A program made the position numbers and the translations under genes. A DNA stretch of 60,919 nucleotides, counting the filler, from Sanchytrium tribonematis (taxonomy: Eukaryota), in assembly GCA_018985235.1 (NCBI GenBank). It is 7 parts of 7 records of this genome, joined end to end, with 100 filler letters (N's around TTAATTAATTAA, not from the genome) between each part and the next. Parts side by side here need not be neighbours in the genome. Positions count along the whole stretch, not along the records: positions 52,350 to 60,919 come from JADGIG010000372.1; 6 more parts are not named here. One strand, written 5' to 3'. Position 1 is the stretch's first letter. Every line of letters begins with the position of its first letter. This document shows positions 54,528-60,919 of this stretch, piece by piece. The notes below the pieces were generated by a model. That model searched no databases. It saw only the letters and a program-made list of their open reading frames with translations, and was not told the DNA's origin.

Positions 54528-56129
54528 GTGTAATTCATTCATTGAGAGATTCCTAAATTTGAATGTAATTAAGCAATAATTCTGCCGGCGATATACCTGC
54601 TGATGAGTTTGTAGAATTACTTATCGACAAGACACTAGTGTAAAGCTTCTGTCCAATGTGCATTATGTGAATGCTTGTATGCTCTAGCTTTATTATTCAG
54701 TTCTCTGTGAAGTCTTTCTACTGGATTCTGAAAATGAGTATATGTGACACCCTATGTAATAACGAGAACAAGTCGTAATGTATCGAAAATATGAAAAACT
54801 ACTTTTCTGAATCTCTGAAAATCTTAGTTTCGGATCGGTACGACCAATGTGCATGGACATGGAGTTCCAAAAAAATAAATACCTTTATCAAATATAAAAC
54901 CGAGACTAAATAAAAGAGTATTTGGGATACGATCCTTGAAAACTAAACTAGGAGAAAAATGTTGATTCTGTAAATCCAATGTAAAATTTTTGACGAAACT
55001 ATGAAAACTATACTAGAATTGTTTTACAATATTTTATTCAATTGGTGCAAGTAATAGTTCACCCAAAATTCGCCATGACTTGAAAATTTCCCTACTTCTG
55101 TAGTATATTTTTCTTGCCCCTAAAAAGATGTCTAATAGAGAATTCTTCATAGTGTCTACGATCTCCAAGAAATGGCAACCTGCCCAAGTCTACAACTCCA
55201 CCAGTAAAGTTTCTAGCTAACCAAGCTCGATATTCGGTTTCTTGAGCTATAATGTCGTCACCTGTAGTTCTAACAAGACGTTGTCCATTTTCATTTCTTA
55301 TAGTCATAGCTAGTAGAGTGACCGTCAAAATTATCCACGGTTTCGAGATGTGGGAAATTTGACGGAGAAGAGGAGTGGAACAGAAGAAATTCCATTCAGG
55401 ATTAAATGACAATCAATATATAAGTAAACATAATTTCTAGACCCTTTAGTAACAATATGACCACCTTGTACATTGTGCAACTTCAAAATATGACCCGGAA
55501 TGCTTAAAATAGTATTTCTCACAATTTCAGTATTTACCTCTAAGAATTCTTTTCAATTGAAGTCAACGTCAAAGATCATTACTTTTAATTCATCCATTGT
55601 TGTTTCTCTACATGTTCTTCTGGCCACAACCTCTTTGACAATTAAATTTTCAACCAATTTCAAATCAAAAAGTAATCTTGAATTGGTAATGTATTGAGAT
55701 GTAATTTGGTGTCATTCTTTAAATAAATTGAATCTTGTTTGTATTCACAAGTCATTCAAATTGCTTTATTGGAATCAAATGTCACGTTGATTCCAATGTA
55801 TTGTTGCAAACTAATAACAATTCTCTTTTTAGTTATAAAAAGACCTCGAGATCTCTTTTTTTACATGTCTCAGATCCCATTACATTCACAAGATTTATTA
55901 TTTCGATTTAATGTAAACGGTGACTTGGTTGTCAATTACAGTCAAGAAACAGAGTCTCGCCAAGAATGTGATACCGTAAACCCCTTTGACTTGCAATCAT
56001 GGTTACAGAAATGTGCTAGTATTAGATGTTGCACTGCAAGATGTATAAATCATGCCCATCTTTTTATCGAATTATTTACCAATTATTCCGTAAAATGGTA
56101 AAATTTGGATTTGTGGGACAATTAGGACA

Positions 56130-56770
56130 CTCTCATCTAGTGGTAATTCCAAAGAACCCCATCTCTATTCGCCTCGAGACTGATTTTTGAGGTATCAGTT
56201 TACTTAATTCTATTCGTAAAATTGCTGAATCCCATACTTCAAGTTAATCCTATTATCTTTCCATCCAATCAATTTGCTTTCACCAAAAATACAAGCATTC
56301 ACGATGCGCTGGCGATCTTACATTGGAAGATTGGTCATTACAACGTGAAATATATTGCCTTGGTAGACGTCCAGAAGGCTTACGACCGTATAAATCGTCG
56401 TATCCTTGGCATTCTATTTATCAATTTCAACAGATAGATTAGGAGATGGATCTAGATGCTTTTTTATTTTCTACGCTGTTGATATTGCGACATTATCAAC
56501 TAATAAGCGTATTTTAAAATCAAATATTGAACATGTTATTTGAAAACTACAAGAAATTGGTATGGAATTAAATATCTCAAAAATTATTATAATAGTATCC
56601 TCTAGCAACCAGTTCTCAAGAATACAAGGAATATCTACTACTCACTTACCTGCTCGCTATCTTGGCTATTGGATTACCTTGAAGGGGGTGTGCAAAAAGA
56701 CAATGCTCCACATAAGGAGTTGGTTTGAGAGTGAAATTTCGCAAACTACGGAATTATGGTGTTTATAAGA
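56130..56770 (+). pseudogene. Non-LTR (LINE) reverse transcriptase remnant
   Basis: NQFAF, VDVQKAYDRINR, degenerate YAVD (YADD), ELNISK, RYLGYWI. Confidence 0.7.
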
Positions 56771-57064
56771 ATGGCCTGCCATTAAATGTAATTACTATTC
56801 TCACTAGTCACATTTTACCAATAGTGGATGAATTTTAACAAATCAAATTCCTGACTTAAGTAGGACAATTGCTCCTTTAAGTGACTGAATGGTAAAATCT
56901 CCTACTTTTTGAAGTAAATAATTTTATTTTGCACAAAATTCCCTTGAATTTCTTTGAAAATCGGGATTAGTTGGTATTATTTCCAAAAAGTAGGACACAA
57001 ATCCTACCATTCAAAATTCTCAAATAGTCGATAATATCATAAGATAAGTAGTACTATATATAAT

Positions 57065-57695
57065 TTATTCTGCTTCTGTTCGCAATGCAATTTGATTTGA
57101 TCTGCAAATACGACGCTTTGGAGTTGGTTTTTCAAATACTAGCTGATCACTCACACTATTATAAAGATCATTTAAAACTTGAACATCCAAATTATTAGAA
57201 ATATCCTCAATTTTCGCATTAATATATTTAATTAGCCCCCGTACTTTTCCTATTATTTTATATTCACTGTCAGGCGTATCCCTTGCTTCCAAATCTTAAA
57301 ATGGTGGCCATCCTTGTTTGGGGTCGCCCAAATACCAGTATTGAAAGAGAATTTGAGGGCCAACAGGCGGAAACTTGAAATCTTGAGGCACTCTGCGTAA
57401 ATGACCACCCCAATTATATATCTGGTTTTATGGACTCCTGTTCTATATTTTGTGGAGCGGGATGGGAAATATTGTCAATATTTTGTATAATTTGGAAAAC
57501 ACCATTTGATTGTAAAACTTCTGTCAATGATGCATTTATCATTTCGGACAGTCCATCACGTGTAACAGTACGTGTTTCAATGGCTCTAGACCCCAATTCG
57601 CCAATTACATTGTTTACAATATTGCTTGAAGCCTCATCAATTTTGGGAAGTATTTTATTGATTTCTTGGGCAAATGAGAATAATTTGGACCCCAA
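57065..57695 (-). pseudogene. Decayed transposon-related ORF (possibly Crypton/Gcr1-associated)
   Basis: In-frame pieces joined across stops: WGGHLRRVPQDFKFP....LFQYWYLGD....PPF*DLEARD. The family assignment is from memory only. Confidence 0.4.
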
Positions 57696-58029
57696 TCAAC
57701 CTGTTTCAGAGTGTTCTTTATGCCATTTCCCACACTCTCATTTATTAGCTAAATTGTCATGTTATCATTACAATAAGAATCTACTGAATAACTGCCCAGT
57801 TCAAAATAATTCTGCTGAAAATCATCGACACAGCTCGACACAACCTATACCCTGAATTCCTCATGAGCTGTCCATGGACACTTTTATTACTCAGATGTAG
57901 CTTCAAATCTACTCATTAATCATACTGGAATGGGAATTGTCCGATTGCGGCATTACTGTACAAAACAAATTAAATTGCAAAATGCAAATTTAGTATTTCC
58001 CTCCTGCTCAACTGAAATAGAAGTATTGG

Positions 58030-58432
58030 GTATTTGATTTATTTCGATGGATATCATTGCTGAGCCAATGAAAGTGCAGTCATCATGGCCACCAAACTAT
58101 TTCATGGAGCGGATCCATCTAAATTCCAATTTGGTAATCTTATTTCTAATCAAATTCACTTCTTAAAATCCAGAGGCGTTTCATTGACTTTTCAATGGAT
58201 TCGTGGCCATATTGGGCATGAATACAATGAGCTCTCGGACCAATTAGCTGCTGACAGCTCTTTTAATTCTGCTATTATTCATTTCTATTCAAAAACAAAA
58301 CAACAAAAGCCTACAATGACCCGATGGACATTAAATACAACTGACATTGATTTTCAAAATTTAGATCATCAATCCAAACTACAATCTATTTCCAATATTC
58401 GCAACTTTATACAGATCATGCATCTGCACTGA
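58030..58432 (+). pseudogene. RNase H remnant of a non-LTR retroelement
   Basis: FQWIRGHIGHEYNELSDQLA. Confidence 0.75.
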
Positions 58433-58581
58433 TAGTGTAGAAGCGGTATCATTATTTGGTGTTCCAATCTAATGATTTCGTCATCTCTCTTGAATCAAAA
58501 ATTACAAAATATTATCAACAGTATGGAATTGAAATGGACTAAACATTTGCAATCGAGAACGGCAAACCAAGAATTGGAAGA

Positions 58582-59713
58582 ATGTACACTGGGATGAATC
58601 ATACAAGACGAGTACGTGACATTAGTATCCTGTGGTTTTCAGCAGATTTTACCCACGGTATTTACATTCGTGACGCCAGTACATTAAATATAAATGGAGA
58701 AACATTTAGAAAATATTCCAAATTGTGTGGTAATAATAAAATCAAATCTTGCAAAACTGATGTCTGTGACACATGTACCGTCTTTCGAGAACAATTAAAT
58801 GTACAAGATTTATTTGAAAGTGCTACATTGGAATTGACAATAGAATTTCAATTACATCTAAGACGAGCTAAATTGGCAAGACTTGATTACAATAATGACC
58901 ACTCCAGACAAGGGTACACGCATATTTCATTTGATTTCAGTCAAAATTTAATTTTACCTCAATTACATGACCAACCAAGCGACATGTATTTCTTGTCACT
59001 ATTAAATAGCAATTTATTTGGAATTTATAATGAAACTCAGTGTCGTCAAATGAATAAATTTATAGAGAAGATCAAGGTAAAAAAGAAAGTAATAATGTAG
59101 CTACATTGTTAATCGATAACATTTACTGTTTACCAAAAGAACAACGAATGAATTTGATTTTACATGCCGACAATTGTGTTGGTCAAAACAAAAACAATAC
59201 CATTATCAAATTATTATCTTGGTTGTGTCTACTTGGAAAATGCTATACCATTGAATTTAAATTCATGATTAAAGGACATACAAAATTTAGTCCAGATAGT
59301 GGTTTTGGTCATATTAAAAAGAAATACATGCGAGAAAATGTATATCAAGTCAAGGACATTATTGAGACTTCTTCAGTTGCAAATGAGTGCAAGGTATTTC
59401 CTAGTCATCGATTCAAAGACTATCGATCTAAACTTAATTTGACATTTGAAAATATTTCAGGTATTGGTAAATATCATGTCTTTTTATTTAAAGCTGATTC
59501 ACCAGGTATTGTTTTTGCAAGAAATTAGTGAGTGATCCAGTGTTTGTGGAATTCAATACAATTATAGAAGACGATCTAAGTCAAAATGACTATTTATTTG
59601 TACCAGAATTTCTAACACCAACAACTCTTACAGATAGAAAGAAGAGTGACATCAGTCGCGCACTACGATACATTCCAGAGGAAAATCATGTATTTATGGT
59701 GGAGAATGAGTAA
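58582..59713 (+). pseudogene. Sola-like DDD transposase, frameshifted
   Basis: DVCDTC, SFDFSQNL.LP, YF.S.L....FGI, HADNCVGQNKNN, GHTKFSPDSGFG; frame breaks near 59065 and 59525. Confidence 0.7.
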
Positions 59714-60513
59714 TTCTTAGTTTTACTTTAATAACTTTAATAAATTAACTCAAAGAAATAAAATGTAAATTATTAATGGATGTTGATATGTATGGAGATA
59801 GTTTGGCATTCAATAAAACGATGGAAGAACAATTGATCACAATAGGAATACTTTATCGGAAATCGGATTTTCAAAGATCAAGTAGTAACAACCTACTATG
59901 AAAAGGAAATCAATAATTATTTTAATAGATTAAAACATGTTTATACAAAATCAAATAGTCAAAGAAATTCTATCTCGTTCAACACACAAAATAGATGATA
60001 TCATGAATATTGAAATAGGACTTCGAAAATTTAAGATAAGATTTTATTAAACAGGGTACATAATCCTTAAAATAGTTTGTAGGGTCGCAATGTCTGTATT
60101 AAAATCATCTGCTATTTGTTCTAATTTAATTCGATCATTATTTTCCTCAATTTGTGGATCAGATAATCTTCTCAATAATCAATCCGTCATTCTATTCCAA
60201 GCATCATGTATAGCCTTATAATATCCAAAACCTTTTCAATAGAAAAATTAGTTCTCTGAATTATATCATTCAAGGCTTCTTTGGAATTCCATATGAATTT
60301 AATAGTGATCTCCATGGTGAATTTCTCATTCAGATTGTTACAAAATCAAACGATTATTACAATCATGCTTGTGCTAATCTCAAATTTTGAATTAATTGGG
60401 ACCCCATATATTTTTTGAATGTCACGGAATCCATTTTATTCTCTGGGGTGCCACAACTAAGCAATTATCGAAGAATAGAGCCAGCTGTAAAGGGTAAATA
60501 TGTACTGCCAAGC

Positions 60514-60919
60514 ATGTCTGCACAACTGGGAGGAATAGATACTCTGTCATTCTCATCAAATCAACCACCACAACCACATGAAATTATGCAATGCAAGGGG
60601 CTGTTCATGCAACACAATGATTCAAAGATTGATTTTGACAAAATTGATGATTTATCCACAAGAGATGTGTTGAGGGACATGTTTAACCAAATTATGACAA
60701 CCATGGCAACCAAAGACGACATTAAAGACTTGAAGACCATTAAGGACGACATTAAAGACTTGAAGACCATTAAGGACGACATTAAAGACTTGAAGACCAT
60801 TAAGGACGACATTAAAGACTTGAAGACCATTAAGGACGACATTAAAGACTTGAAGGGCACAGTGAATGGGCATACTGAATTATTGAATGAAGTTGCAAGA
60901 AACGTCAAGGAAGTGAGAA
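60514..60919 (+). CDS. Coiled-coil protein with TIKDDIKDLK repeats, 3'-truncated
   Basis: Plus frame is open from 60391 to the window end (missed by the ORF track because it has no stop): MATKDDIKDLK(TIKDDIKDLK)x4. Confidence 0.6.
   Translation, partial: MSAQLGGIDTLSFSSNQPPQPHEIMQCKGLFMQHNDSKIDFDKIDDLSTRDVLRDMFNQIMTTMATKDDIKDLKTIKDDIKDLKTIKDDIKDLKTIKDDIKDLKTIKDDIKDLKGTVNGHTELLNEVARNVKEVR
60715..60855 (+). repeat. 30-bp minisatellite, ~4.5 perfect copies
   Basis: ATTAAAGACTTGAAGACCATTAAGGACGAC at 60721, 60751, 60781 and 60811, plus partial copies. Confidence 0.95.

Noticed and set aside
60715..60855. CRISPR-like array
   Set aside because: Head-to-tail repeats with no unique spacers, in a eukaryotic coding frame; no cas genes.
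60561..60908. Minus-strand ORFs over the minisatellite
   Set aside because: Antisense shadows of the plus-strand coiled-coil frame.

Overview
AT-rich, very compact eukaryotic nuclear DNA. It is not a contiguous locus: seven contigs of decreasing size (about 8.68 to 8.57 kb) are joined by an artificial 100-nt linker (44 N + TTAATTAATTAA + 44 N). Gene content includes a class IV chitin synthase, a fungal-type alpha-actinin, an outer-arm axonemal dynein heavy chain, an ODA docking-complex subunit, DHR1, GH47, SYS1, BolA, and many LRR and secreted proteins. This points to a zoosporic early-diverging fungus or close relative with a reduced genome; a sanchytrid-like organism is my unverified guess. 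The main signals are: (1) five frame-restoring 19-20 nt GT-AG introns sharing the consensus GTATWT...ATTNAYNWAG, with an invariant A six bases from the 3' end, all in the last ~150-375 nt of their CDS; (2) a recent, intact Ty3/Gypsy element inserted in an LRR gene, whose identical 162-bp LTRs are almost wholly protein-coding, which shows no canonical PBS or CA end, and which carries a PHD finger between RNase H and integrase; (3) near-absent UTRs (TATA ~28-32 nt before ATG, AATAAA overlapping stop codons) and very short signal peptides; (4) single in-frame stops in otherwise intact secreted genes. Contigs 5 and 7 are mostly decayed transposons (Gypsy, hAT plus MITE, PIF/Harbinger, LINE, Sola-like).
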